This document shows positions 10,674-20,956 of a stretch of DNA of 64,000 nt, piece after piece. Source of the stretch: an uncultured SAR86 cluster bacterium (GTDB lineage: Bacteria; Pseudomonadota; Gammaproteobacteria; Magnimaribacterales; D2472); assembly GCA_902582355.1 (NCBI GenBank), contig CACHRR010000001.1, positions 170,236 through 234,235 of the forward strand, given 5' to 3'. Numbering within the stretch: the first letter of the stretch is position 1; each line of letters opens with the position of its first letter. The position numbers were made by a program, and so were the translations under genes. The notes below the pieces were generated by a model. It searched no databases, was not told the origin of the DNA, and saw nothing but the letters and a program-made list of their open reading frames with translations.

Positions 10674-12121
10674 TGTTTTATTCCCTCTGGTGTATACATG
10701 TGCCAATTCGTTTCATTTTGAAACATGTGAGCGAAGTTAAGAATAGTGCTTTCATCGAGAAAGTTCCCAATTATTTGAAGTCCAATCGGTTTATTTTCAA
10801 GGTTTCCATTTGGAAGAGACATAGCTGGCAATCCTGCAAGATTCGCAGATATTGTGAACAAGTCCTCTAAATACATTTGTATAGGATCATCGCCTTTAGA
10901 TCCCATTTTGAATGCTGGTCCTCTGGTAGTGGGCGTCATAATTACGTCAATATTTTTAAATGCATTATCAAAATCATTTTTGATTAATCTTCTCACTTGT
11001 TGAGCTTTTTTGTAATAAGCGTCGTAATATCCAGCAGAAAGAACATATGAACCTATCAATATTCTTCTTTTTACTTCATCTCCAAAACCTTCAGAACGAC
11101 TTTTTACATATAAATCCTCAAGATTTTTTGTATTTTTTATTCTCATACCAAATTTTACTCCATCAAATCTTGATAAGTTTGAAGAACACTCTGCAGGAGC
11201 AATAACATAATAAGTTGGAACAGATAATGATAAATTTGGTAAAGAAATATCAACTAGTTCAGCTCCCATAGATTTAAATTCTTTTAATGAATTCTGATAT
11301 ATTTCTACAACATCATTATTAAGACTTGATAGATCTAAATCTTTCACAATACCAATCTTTTTTCCTTTCAAAGAGTCATTCAAATTTTCTTCAAAGTCAG
11401 GGATATCATTATCTAAAGAGGTTGTATCTTTTTCGTCATGAGAGCACATTTCATTTAGCATGAAAGCACAATCTTCTGCCGTTCTTGCCATTGGACCACC
11501 TTGATCAAGGCTAGATGCAAAAGCAATCATTCCCCATCTAGAAACTCTGCCATAAGTTGGCTTTATACCAGTTATTCCGCAAAGTGAAGCTGGTTGTCTA
11601 ATTGAGCCTCCTGTATCTGTTCCAGTAGCAGCAGGAACTAGTCCAGCAGCTACAGCAGAAGCTGCTCCACCTGAACTACCTCCTGGAACCAAATCTTTAC
11701 CCCATGGATTTTGAACGTTCCCAAAAAAACTTGTCTCATTCGAGGAGCCCATAGCAAATTCATCCATATTAGTTTTACCAACTGAGATACATCCAGCATT
11801 TTCAAGATTTTCAATTACTGTTGCAGAATATGGAGGAATGAAATTATTTAATATATTTGAACCACAAGTTGTTCTTAGGCCTTTTGTACAAAAAAGATCT
11901 TTTTGAGCAATAGGAATACCTGCAAGAGGCAAGTCTGAGGGATTATTATCAAATTCTTCAGCTTTATTTAATGAATCTTTTTCATTAAGCGTTATAAATG
12001 CATTTAAATTTTTATTTTCTTTAATAAGCGAAAATACTTCTTGAACAACTTCCTTATTAGAAATCTCTTTTTTAGAAATCATGCTTTTAATTTCTTTGAT
12101 TGATTTATATTTTATCGTCAC
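10670..12121 (-). CDS. gatA: Glutamyl-tRNA(Gln) amidotransferase subunit A
   Basis: Amidase signature GGSSGGAASAVAAG...GTDTGGSIRQPA. Confidence 0.95.
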   Translation of the reverse strand: MTIKYKSIKEIKSMISKKEISNKEVVQEVFSLIKENKNLNAFITLNEKDSLNKAEEFDNNPSDLPLAGIPIAQKDLFCTKGLRTTCGSNILNNFIPPYSATVIENLENAGCISVGKTNMDEFAMGSSNETSFFGNVQNPWGKDLVPGGSSGGAASAVAAGLVPAATGTDTGGSIRQPASLCGITGIKPTYGRVSRWGMIAFASSLDQGGPMARTAEDCAFMLNEMCSHDEKDTTSLDNDIPDFEENLNDSLKGKKIGIVKDLDLSSLNNDVVEIYQNSLKEFKSMGAELVDISLPNLSLSVPTYYVIAPAECSSNLSRFDGVKFGMRIKNTKNLEDLYVKSRSEGFGDEVKRRILIGSYVLSAGYYDAYYKKAQQVRRLIKNDFDNAFKNIDVIMTPTTRGPAFKMGSKGDDPIQMYLEDLFTISANLAGLPAMSLPNGNLENKPIGLQIIGNFLDESTILNFAHMFQNETNWHMYTPEGIKQ

Positions 12122-12399
12122 TCAACAACCCTAGGTACTAAAAAATAGTCTTCATTAGCCGAGGGTGCTATCTCTAGAAGTTCTTTTTTCAAATTTTTGG
12201 CTGTTACGATATCTTTTCTTGTTTTAGCTGTTTTTTCAAGCGGATTTGTTAAAGGTGATACATCAACGGTATCGGCATCATTTAACTGATCAACAAATTT
12301 AATGATATTACCTAAGTCTTTTATAATTTTTTCTTCTTTTGCGCCATCAATTTTAAGTCTTGATAGGTAAGATATAGTTGTTACTGTTTTCTTGTCCAT
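12118..12399 (-). CDS. gatC: Asp/Glu-tRNA amidotransferase subunit C
   Basis: 93 aa, first gene of the gatCAB operon, with a 4-nt overlap with gatA. LSRLKI...VDQL pattern. Confidence 0.88.
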   Translation of the reverse strand: MDKKTVTTISYLSRLKIDGAKEEKIIKDLGNIIKFVDQLNDADTVDVSPLTNPLEKTAKTRKDIVTAKNLKKELLEIAPSANEDYFLVPRVVE

Positions 12400-12480
12400 A
12401 TATAGGCTATTATTATATCTAGTGGAGGGATATTAACCCAACTTGTAAATTATTTAAATTATTTTATCTAGGGATTTTAA

Positions 12481-13530
12481 GTGAAATTCAATTTATTCAA
12501 GATGATTGGTGGATACTTCTCCAATGATCTATCAATAGACTTAGGCACTGCAAACACCTTAATTTATACCAAAGATGTTGGTATTGTTTTAAATGAGCCC
12601 TCAGTTGTTGCAATTAGAGAATCTAGAGGACAAAAAACTGTTGTTGCAGTCGGAACAGAAGCAAAAAAAATGTTGGGCAGAACCCCAGGCAACATTAAAG
12701 CGACGCGACCATTGTCTGAGGGTGTAATTGCAGACTTTCAAGTTACCGAAAAAATGTTACAGCATTTTATCGCAAAAGTTCACGAAAAACTTTTTATTAA
12801 ACCAAGTCCAAGAGTTTTAGTATGCGTTCCTTGCAGATCTACACAAGTTGAAAGAAGAGCAATAAGAGAGTCAGTCTTAGGTGCTGGAGCCAGAGATGTA
12901 AAACTTATTGAAGAGCCTATGGCTGCTGCAATTGGTGCAGGACTTCCAGTTGAAGAAGCAAGTGGAAATATGGTTGTTGACATTGGAGGTGGGACTTCAG
13001 AAATTGCGATATTATCGTTAAATGGAGTTGTTTACTCAGAATCTGTAAAAATTGGCGGAGATAAAATGGATGAATCTATTACCTCATGGATAAGGAGAAA
13101 TTATGGATGCGTGATTGGTGAATCTACAGCTGAAAAAATAAAATATACTATCGGTTGTGCAACTCCTGAGTCGGAAAGAATAGAAATGTCCATTACAGGT
13201 AGAAATCTTGCAGAGGGTATTCCTGAAACTTTTTCAATAAATAGCGAACAAATTTTTGAAGCTATGAAAGATCCACTTTATGGTATTGTTAGAGCAATTA
13301 GAAATGCTTTAGAACTATCACCACCTGAACTTGCTGCAGACATTGCCGAAAGAGGAATTGTGTTAACAGGAGGAGGCGCTCTTTTACGAGATTTAGATAA
13401 ACTTATATCAGGATCAACCGGCATACCTGTAATTGTTGCTGAAGATCCATTGACATGTGTTGCAAGAGGCGGGGGCCAAGCACTAGAGATAATGGATAAA
13501 TATAATATTGATCTTTTATCATCTGAATAA
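12481..13530 (+). CDS. mreB: Rod-shape-determining actin homologue MreB
   Basis: [17 protein letters not shown] and [10 protein letters not shown] motifs. The start could be GTG 12481 or ATG 12502. Confidence 0.96.
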   Translation: MKFNLFKMIGGYFSNDLSIDLGTANTLIYTKDVGIVLNEPSVVAIRESRGQKTVVAVGTEAKKMLGRTPGNIKATRPLSEGVIADFQVTEKMLQHFIAKVHEKLFIKPSPRVLVCVPCRSTQVERRAIRESVLGAGARDVKLIEEPMAAAIGAGLPVEEASGNMVVDIGGGTSEIAILSLNGVVYSESVKIGGDKMDESITSWIRRNYGCVIGESTAEKIKYTIGCATPESERIEMSITGRNLAEGIPETFSINSEQIFEAMKDPLYGIVRAIRNALELSPPELAADIAERGIVLTGGGALLRDLDKLISGSTGIPVIVAEDPLTCVARGGGQALEIMDKYNIDLLSSE

Positions 13531-13535
13531 AATCT

Positions 13536-14372
13536 ATGGCTAGGATATCGCCAACTCCTGGTCTAAAAATAACTTATTTTTTATTTATTTTTCTTGCAAG
13601 CATCATCTTATACTTTGATATAACAACAGATAGTTTTAGGGATTTTAAAAATGGTTTTAAATCATCAAAAATTTATGGCTCTTATATTTTAAGAAATATT
13701 TCAATTGAACCTGCAAAAAAAATATTAACAATAACAAAATCTAAAAATAAGTTATTAGAAGAGAATAAAATACTCAAAGATGCGTTAAATTTAAGTTATT
13801 TAAATAATTTTCTTATTTCAAACGAAAATAGTTTCTATAAAGATAATAAGCTTATTAAAAACTTTTTAAAAAATAATGAGGATAAATATTCTTATGACAT
13901 TGCTAAATTAAAAAGCTTAGATCCAAAAATGTTTGAATGTTGTGATAATCATAGAATTTTCATTGAAGTTATTACTAATAACATTGAGAACCTTGATGAG
14001 AGTATGGTTTTTAATAGCGACGGAGTAATTGGCCAAATCATTAATAACAACAAATATTATGAGGTCATACTTTTAACAGATACAAAACATTCTACTCCTG
14101 TAAAAATTTTAGATGAAGATTTTTATTGTAATGCAAGAGGAAGTGGTAAGGCAGATATAATTATTTGTGAATATAACCCTTTAGTTTGGAGTAAAGATAT
14201 TGAATTAGGGACTGTATTTTATTCCTCAGGTTTTGGTGGCGTATATCCAAAAGATATAGTGATTGGAAATTTAATTAAAAAGGTTGATATTGAGCCATCA
14301 AAAATAAATTTAGAAATTAGATTAATTGCAAATCCTACTAAAAACAATTTATTTGGCGTAATCAAGTACTAA
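13536..14372 (+). CDS. mreC: Rod-shape-determining protein MreC
   Basis: Position after mreB. N-terminal TM segment, coiled-coil region, and C-terminal GGVYPKDIVIG motif. Confidence 0.85.
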   Translation: MARISPTPGLKITYFLFIFLASIILYFDITTDSFRDFKNGFKSSKIYGSYILRNISIEPAKKILTITKSKNKLLEENKILKDALNLSYLNNFLISNENSFYKDNKLIKNFLKNNEDKYSYDIAKLKSLDPKMFECCDNHRIFIEVITNNIENLDESMVFNSDGVIGQIINNNKYYEVILLTDTKHSTPVKILDEDFYCNARGSGKADIIICEYNPLVWSKDIELGTVFYSSGFGGVYPKDIVIGNLIKKVDIEPSKINLEIRLIANPTKNNLFGVIKY

Positions 14373-14373
14373 T

Positions 14374-14841
14374 ATGAATTTTATAAAAAAAATACTATTA
14401 GTAATTTTAATTAACTACATTGATAGCATAATTCAAGAATATACACTAAAACTTTATACAATTATTCCGTTAACATTTCTTCTTTTTTCATTTTATGTTT
14501 ATAAATCAAAAAGAATTGTTGGACCATTAGAAAGTTTCATTATTGGACTTTTTGTTGACATTATTTCAGAATCTTTTTTGGGATTAAACGCTGCATTGTT
14601 TTGCATAACTACTTATTTGGTTAATTTGAATTCAAATTCATTTAAATTGTTTTCTTATTTTCAGATATGTTTATTCTTTGGTATTATGGCTGCAGCATAT
14701 GTTGGGTTTTATCAGCTTGTAGTAAATTTATATAATTTCTCATATTTAATATTATTTACAAGCTTAATTACAAATATTATGTTGTGTATTACTTTCGCAT
14801 TTTTAAGCATATATTTTCCAAGTTTTAAAAACAGAATTTAA
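14374..14841 (+). CDS. mreD: Rod-shape-determining protein MreD
   Basis: 155-aa polytopic membrane protein immediately after mreC. Confidence 0.8.
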   Translation: MNFIKKILLVILINYIDSIIQEYTLKLYTIIPLTFLLFSFYVYKSKRIVGPLESFIIGLFVDIISESFLGLNAALFCITTYLVNLNSNSFKLFSYFQICLFFGIMAAAYVGFYQLVVNLYNFSYLILFTSLITNIMLCITFAFLSIYFPSFKNRI

Positions 14842-14843
14842 AA

Positions 14844-17198
14844 GTGTATCTTCAAAATTTTTTTAAAAAAATCATCATATTTTTTGTTTTTCTTGTAATA
14901 TTTTTTATATCTGTATACACGTCTCTAATTTATAAACCAGATTTTTTTATATCAATAGGAAATAAAATTTCTAAAGACAGTTATTCATTCAACTATTCTG
15001 AAATTCAATCAGATTTAAAATTAATAACTCCTAAATTTTTGATTAAAGATCTATCAGTGAAAAACTCTTTAGGAGATGATCTAGCAAATATTAGTGAAAT
15101 TACTATTGGAATGAATATACTTGCTTCAATATTTAATGGTTACATAACATTACATTATTTAGAAATAAAAGATTTTATATTTTTCAACAATAATTTATCT
15201 AAAAATGGTTTTGAGTTAAAAATAATGCTTCAAAAGTTCAAGATCTTCTCTAAAGATCTTGACATTTTTTTGAATGAAAGTTACATCAACTTACACAGCG
15301 GACAAATATCTTCAATAATTTCTAGTGGAACAATTAATAGAATTCCATTTGAAAATCTAAAAATTTTTAATAATTCAGATACAAGCAAATACTACTTTTC
15401 AACATTATTTAAATTAAATGAGGAAATTATAAAATCAGAAAACCTATCTGATATATCTAATTTTTTTAATTCAAGTATTAACTTGAATATAGAAAGTAAA
15501 GGTTTTATAGATGCTTTTTCTAATGAAGTTACTAGTCTTAATAAATATATATTTTTTGATTCAAAATTAAAATTGGAAAATGATTATTATTTTAATAACA
15601 TAAATTCAGTTTTGTATACGAATTTAAATGACAATTTGACTGGTATATTTTCTTCTAATATGTCTGATCAAAGTATAAATGGAACAATAAATGTTTTAGA
15701 TGCTAATATTTTCCTGAAGTCTCAATTGAAGATTAATATGTCAGAGTTATATGAATTTAATGAATTTTTAGCATTTGAAGGCTATGAAAAGTTCGATGCT
15801 AAAATTTCTATCATTGATAAAAAAGCTTCATTAACTTTAAATTCTAAATTGTTAAACACAACAATTATTTCAAATATCAATGAGATTTCAAAGGAAAAAG
15901 GAGAAACACTGAACACTAACATTTATGTTAAAAACTTCAGTAATCCTGTATATGAAATTGATAATAATAAATTCAGCATAAAGATTGATAGTAAAAATAA
16001 TGGTTTTTTTTCATTCGGTTCAAATTTTGATGAAGAAATTGAAAAAATAACTAACAAGGATGGATTCTATCTTTTTATTTCTCTTAAAAAATTAAATCTT
16101 GATAATATTAATATTAATTATCCATTCAAAAAACAAACCTTTTCTAACTTAAAATCTTTTTTAATAAATGTAGAGGAATTTGATTTCTTTTCTACTAAAA
16201 TAAAAAATCAAAAATTTACTGGGTTTTTTAATGAAAAAGCTTCAAAGATTTCTTTTTTTGGTAGTCAATTAAATGGATCATTGATTATGGATGATTCTGG
16301 ATTTACGAGAATAAATCTTGAGGACAGCATTCTTCAGATAAATATAGATAACGATTCTAATAATGATAATTTTCTTGATCAAAATTTAATTAATTTACGA
16401 TTTATTGGAAAAAACTTAACAATAAACGACAAGTTGTTTAAAAAATTAAATTTTTATTTTTTGAAGAATGACAAAATTACAACTATTGACGATCTTGAAA
16501 TTCTTAGTGATTTTATCAATGTAACTGCATTTAAGGATGCTGAAAAGTCATACATAAGTTATAACAAGCAACTAGATCTCTATAAAGTCAAAGGATCATT
16601 TATTTTTGGTAGGAGTAATGATTTCTTATCAAATTTAATCGACATTGATTTTGAGTATCTTTCAACAGATTTAAACATCCAGTGGATAAATCTAAATGAA
16701 TTAAGGGATATTGAAGGCAGTATTAATTTTTTGATCAAAGATTTTGATTCAAAAACATCACTACCAGAATCAACATTTGTAGATACTCTTAAAATATTTA
16801 ATTTAAATTCTATTTTTGAAAATTTAAGCAATGAAAACTTTATCAATTCTTCAAATTTATATATTTCAAGAGCTCAAGGAAATTTTTATATTGGAAAAAA
16901 TAGAGCAGTTTTTTCAAATCCAATATTATTTGAAACTCCTGAGGCAAAAATGAAATGGAAAGGAGAAATAATTAAAAATCAAGATGGTCTTTTGAATATT
17001 CTTAATTTAGATCTTGAAATGAGATTAAAAGTTTCTGAAAATATTCCATGGTATGCAGCGTTAATTGGTGGACTACCAGCTGTTGCAGGCGGTGTAGTTC
17101 TTGAAAATATCTTTGATGATAGAATTGATAAAGCATCAACATTTAAATTCAAAATATCTGGGTCAACTTCTAATCCATCAGTTCTAAGATTAGATTAG
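14844..17198 (+). CDS. AsmA-like / YhdP-family envelope protein (short form)
   Basis: N-terminal TM anchor. C-terminal segment PEAKMKWKGEI...IPWYAALIGGLPAVAGGVVLENIF...FKFKISGSTSNPSV resembles the YhdP C-terminus. Lies downstream of mreBCD, as yhdP does in E. coli and Pseudomonas. Confidence 0.6.
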   Translation: MYLQNFFKKIIIFFVFLVIFFISVYTSLIYKPDFFISIGNKISKDSYSFNYSEIQSDLKLITPKFLIKDLSVKNSLGDDLANISEITIGMNILASIFNGYITLHYLEIKDFIFFNNNLSKNGFELKIMLQKFKIFSKDLDIFLNESYINLHSGQISSIISSGTINRIPFENLKIFNNSDTSKYYFSTLFKLNEEIIKSENLSDISNFFNSSINLNIESKGFIDAFSNEVTSLNKYIFFDSKLKLENDYYFNNINSVLYTNLNDNLTGIFSSNMSDQSINGTINVLDANIFLKSQLKINMSELYEFNEFLAFEGYEKFDAKISIIDKKASLTLNSKLLNTTIISNINEISKEKGETLNTNIYVKNFSNPVYEIDNNKFSIKIDSKNNGFFSFGSNFDEEIEKITNKDGFYLFISLKKLNLDNININYPFKKQTFSNLKSFLINVEEFDFFSTKIKNQKFTGFFNEKASKISFFGSQLNGSLIMDDSGFTRINLEDSILQINIDNDSNNDNFLDQNLINLRFIGKNLTINDKLFKKLNFYFLKNDKITTIDDLEILSDFINVTAFKDAEKSYISYNKQLDLYKVKGSFIFGRSNDFLSNLIDIDFEYLSTDLNIQWINLNELRDIEGSINFLIKDFDSKTSLPESTFVDTLKIFNLNSIFENLSNENFINSSNLYISRAQGNFYIGKNRAVFSNPILFETPEAKMKWKGEIIKNQDGLLNILNLDLEMRLKVSENIPWYAALIGGLPAVAGGVVLENIFDDRIDKASTFKFKISGSTSNPSVLRLD

Positions 17199-18524
17199 AA
17201 AAATTGTTGCCAATCCTAGGAAAGATATAAAACCAATTACATCAGTAACAGTAGTTACAACTACGCTACCTCCAATTGCTGGATCTTGCTTAAATTTTCT
17301 CAAAATTAGTGGTACTAAGATTCCAGCAATTACCGAGCTGATCAAATTTATAATTAGCGCGAAGGATATTAAAAAAGAAATAATCTTATCGTTAAACCAT
17401 AAATATGTTACTAGGCCTACTAGAGCAGAGAGCACTATGCCATTTAGGATTGATACTGCTAACTCTCTTTTAAATAACCATCCAATGTTTGAGGTGTTAA
17501 TTTGCTCAAGCGTTAAGCCTCTTAAAACTATTGTAAGAGTTTGTGTAGCAGCTACTCCACCCATACTTGCAACAATCGGCATTAGAACAGCCAAATAAAC
17601 AATCTTGTCAATAATATCTTGGAAAATACTAATCGCACTAGCTGCTATGAAGGCAGTAATCAAATTCAGACCAAGCCAAAATACTCTTGTCTTTGCGGCC
17701 CTTCCAGGAGGGGCAAAAGTATCTTCAGCTACTCCAGCCATTCCAAGAAGATTTTGATCAGCATCTTCTCTTATTACGTCAACAACATCATCTATTGTTA
17801 TTCTCCCAATCAATTTGCCTTCTTTATCGATTACCGAAGACGAAATTAAATTATTTCTCTCAAATATCACAGCGACCTCCTTATCAGATAAGTCTATGTC
17901 GATTGGAGATATTTCAGTTTCCATAATTTCTCTAACTATCATTGAGGGATCTGAAGTTATAATTACACTAATTAATAACTGACCCAGATACTCATTATCA
18001 TTGTTTACAACAAAAATCTTGTCTGTATTTTCAGGTAAATCGCCTTGATCTCTCAAATAATTTATTACTTCGTTTATAGTATTATTAGGCCTTACACTGA
18101 TGACATCAGTATTAAGAAGGCCTCCAGCAGTGTCATCTCTAAAAGTTAGACCCATTTCTATTCTTTGTCTATCAACCATAGACATATTTGAAAGTATATT
18201 CTGCATCCTTTCTCTAGGAAGATTTTGCAGAATGTCTACAATTTCATCTAACTCTAATTCCTTAACCGCTTTGGTGAGCTCGTCATTTGAAATATTTGAT
18301 ACGAGATCCTGCTGAATTTCTTCACCTAACTCAAATAAAACATCTCCTTCCTCCTCTGTCTTTAGTAATGAAAACAATAAATTTCTCTGTTTTGGAGGAG
18401 AGGATTCAAGAGCATGTGCAATCTCTGATGCAGGCATGTTTTTTAATAACCTTCTTATTTGATTTAGAGAGAGATTTGATGCTTCATCAAGAATAATTTT
18501 TAAGTTATCATTTTTTTGTTCCAT
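17190..18524 (-). CDS. mgtE: Magnesium transporter MgtE
   Basis: MgtE N-domain, tandem CBS region, and C-terminal TM domain with GGVAATQT and VTDVIGF motifs. Confidence 0.92.
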   Translation of the reverse strand: MEQKNDNLKIILDEASNLSLNQIRRLLKNMPASEIAHALESSPPKQRNLLFSLLKTEEEGDVLFELGEEIQQDLVSNISNDELTKAVKELELDEIVDILQNLPRERMQNILSNMSMVDRQRIEMGLTFRDDTAGGLLNTDVISVRPNNTINEVINYLRDQGDLPENTDKIFVVNNDNEYLGQLLISVIITSDPSMIVREIMETEISPIDIDLSDKEVAVIFERNNLISSSVIDKEGKLIGRITIDDVVDVIREDADQNLLGMAGVAEDTFAPPGRAAKTRVFWLGLNLITAFIAASAISIFQDIIDKIVYLAVLMPIVASMGGVAATQTLTIVLRGLTLEQINTSNIGWLFKRELAVSILNGIVLSALVGLVTYLWFNDKIISFLISFALIINLISSVIAGILVPLILRKFKQDPAIGGSVVVTTVTDVIGFISFLGLATIFLI

Positions 18525-18548
18525 TTAATGATTTTAACTCAAAAAAAA

Positions 18549-19817
18549 TTATCTATATCTTGAAGATGGTATATTATTTTTTTTTCTGTACTTTGAAATT
18601 GTTCGACGAGCAAGATTAAAGCCTCTTTTATTAAGTTCTATAGCTATTTTTTTATCACTCTTTGGTTTCTTCTCAGAATTGATAATATCTTTAATAATTG
18701 TCATTAACTGATGCGGTGACACATTTCTTGTCTTAGATACTGATGAGACCATTAGAGTTTTGAGTGGCATTAATCCTTTGGGAGTATCGATATATTTATG
18801 ACGCAGAATCCTAGATACCGTTGAAGGATGCATATTAATATCGTTTGCAATTTCTATGTTGCTAAGAGTTTGAATCTTTAATGGATTATCTTCAAAAAAG
18901 GCGATCTGTTTTGAACATATATACTCACCGACTTTTTGAACTGTCTCATTTCTTTTATTAACTGAAGTGATCAACCACTTAGCATCATTAATTTTTTTTA
19001 TAAGTTCTTCATTTTTGTAAGATTTTAGTTCTTTTTTAACTCTTGACACCAGATCATCATCTAATTCAATTGTGGGAAAATTATCATTTAAAAAGGAAAC
19101 ATCAATTTTATTACTTTTATTTAAAATAATTTTTAAGTCTGCTTCAATATAATCAGTTTTTTCAAAGTTAAGCCCTGGACTTAAGTCAGAGTTTTTAATT
19201 ATTTCTATTGCTGAATTAAAATCTTTATCAGACATACCTCTTTCAATATAACCATTTTTAATTTCTTCAATATCATCTAATTTTTCATTTTCTAAGATTC
19301 CATGAACTAATTTTTTTATTTTCTCAGATAAATTATTATTATTATCTATTTGAATTTGGATACATTCTTTATAATTTCTGTATCCAACTCCATGAGGACT
19401 AAATTTATGAATCACACTTGTAAGAATGTTCTCTATTTCATCTTGATCAAATCTGTAATTAGAAATTTGCTCAATTTGAGTTAATTCTTCAACCAGCTCA
19501 CCGGATTCATCAAGACAGTCAATTATTAGCCTTGCAATATCACTTGCTCTTTTATCTATGTGCAACTCATTTAATTGACTAAGTAAATTTTCTCTTAGAT
19601 TGATTTTTGATTCAATATCAAAGTCAAAACTTTTACTGTCAAAATATTCAATATTTTTTTCAATTTTTTTTAAAAAAGGATTATCTATGATTTCCTCTTC
19701 AACTTTTTTTATTAATTCAAATCTTGATAATTGTAGAAGGTCAATAGATTTCCTTAATGACGGAGTAATTTGTACTTTTTGTTTTTGTTTGAGATTTTTT
19801 GATAGAGTAATTGCCAT
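18549..19817 (-). CDS. rpoN: RNA polymerase sigma-54 factor
   Basis: C-terminal HTH and RpoN box (ARRTISKYRKK). Lies downstream of lptB. 422 aa, which is short for the family. Confidence 0.92.
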   Translation of the reverse strand: MAITLSKNLKQKQKVQITPSLRKSIDLLQLSRFELIKKVEEEIIDNPFLKKIEKNIEYFDSKSFDFDIESKINLRENLLSQLNELHIDKRASDIARLIIDCLDESGELVEELTQIEQISNYRFDQDEIENILTSVIHKFSPHGVGYRNYKECIQIQIDNNNNLSEKIKKLVHGILENEKLDDIEEIKNGYIERGMSDKDFNSAIEIIKNSDLSPGLNFEKTDYIEADLKIILNKSNKIDVSFLNDNFPTIELDDDLVSRVKKELKSYKNEELIKKINDAKWLITSVNKRNETVQKVGEYICSKQIAFFEDNPLKIQTLSNIEIANDINMHPSTVSRILRHKYIDTPKGLMPLKTLMVSSVSKTRNVSPHQLMTIIKDIINSEKKPKSDKKIAIELNKRGFNLARRTISKYRKKNNIPSSRYR

Positions 19818-20530
19818 TAGCTATAGATGTTTCCAAGATATACTTTATTAACTTCATTATCGTTTATCAAATAATCTTTTTCACCTTTTGCTATTATTTC
19901 TCCATTATTTAAAATAGCGGCTTGGTCACAAATTTCCAATGTTTCTCTAACATTATGATCTGTTATTAATATTCCAATTTTTTTTAAGATAAGCTTATTT
20001 AGAACATCTTTGATATCATCAATTGCAATTGGATCAATACCAGCAAAAGGCTCATCTAGAAGTATAATTTTTGGATCAGCAGCAAGTGTTCTTGCAATCT
20101 CAACTTTTCTTCTTTGTCCTCCAGATAATTGTCTGCCTCTAAGACTAGAAATGCTAGATAAACTAAATTCATCCATTGAACTTTCTATAAAATTATTAAT
20201 ACTTTTTTTATTGGTAAATGATAATTCAGCTAAGCCATATAAATTTTCATATACTGTTAAATCTTTAAAAATAGATGGCTCTTGAGGTAAATATTTAATA
20301 CCGAGCTTTGATCTTGAGTGAATTGGAATATTTGAAATATCCTGACCTGAAATTAATACTTTCCCACTATCTGGTTTTATTAAACCAGCAATCATATAAA
20401 ATGTTGATGTTTTTCCTGCTCCATTTGGACCTAATAAACCAAATATTGAACCAAAATTAACGTCAAAGCTAACATTATTAAGAATTCTTTTGCCTTTAAT
20501 TGATTTTGATAATTCACGAACTTTTAACAT
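19817..20530 (-). CDS. lptB: LPS export ABC transporter ATPase LptB
   Basis: Walker A GPNGAGKTS, ABC signature LSGGQRRKVEIAR, Walker B ILLDEPF. Confidence 0.94.
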   Translation of the reverse strand: MLKVRELSKSIKGKRILNNVSFDVNFGSIFGLLGPNGAGKTSTFYMIAGLIKPDSGKVLISGQDISNIPIHSRSKLGIKYLPQEPSIFKDLTVYENLYGLAELSFTNKKSINNFIESSMDEFSLSSISSLRGRQLSGGQRRKVEIARTLAADPKIILLDEPFAGIDPIAIDDIKDVLNKLILKKIGILITDHNVRETLEICDQAAILNNGEIIAKGEKDYLINDNEVNKVYLGNIYS

Positions 20531-20539
20531 TTTTATCCC

Positions 20540-20956
20540 TCATTCTGATGAAATTTTACCCGTAATTGGATTAAAAATTATCATGTTAGATGAAACAGAT
20601 ATTTTGTCATATTTCATATTTGCATTTTTTATGAGATGAACTTCCTCATTATTGAAAAAAAGAATTTTTTCAGCTTGACCTCTGAAAAAAAGTTCTTCTT
20701 TAATTGATTTTATATGTGACGGAGCTCCTAATAAAGTAAGAATATTTTTTTCATTATCATAACTGGCCGAGTCCGCACTAATTTCTATGTTATTTGAGAG
20801 AATTTGCACATTATTTTTAAAATATATTTTATTTTCATCTTTTGATAACTCAACTTTGTCAGCTTGAATTTCAATATTCTCATTAAGTTCAAATGATGAT
20901 GTATAAAATGATATTGAAACAATTGTTGTTAAAAAAAATACTTTAATATTTCTCAA
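20540..20956 (-). CDS. lptA: LPS transport periplasmic protein LptA-like (OstA_N fold)
   Basis: Signal peptide followed by the repeated IEIQADKVE...NNVQI...IEISADSASYD...GAPS pattern. Sits directly upstream of lptB. TTG start, only 138 aa. Confidence 0.7.
   Translation of the reverse strand: MRNIKVFFLTTIVSISFYTSSFELNENIEIQADKVELSKDENKIYFKNNVQILSNNIEISADSASYDNEKNILTLLGAPSHIKSIKEELFFRGQAEKILFFNNEEVHLIKNANMKYDKISVSSNMIIFNPITGKISSE

Noticed and set aside
17619-18496. Cluster of four 69-79-aa plus-strand ORFs inside mgtE.
   Set aside because: They are antisense to a full-length, motif-rich mgtE. Their frames overlap one another, their composition looks random, and they have no ribosome-binding sites.
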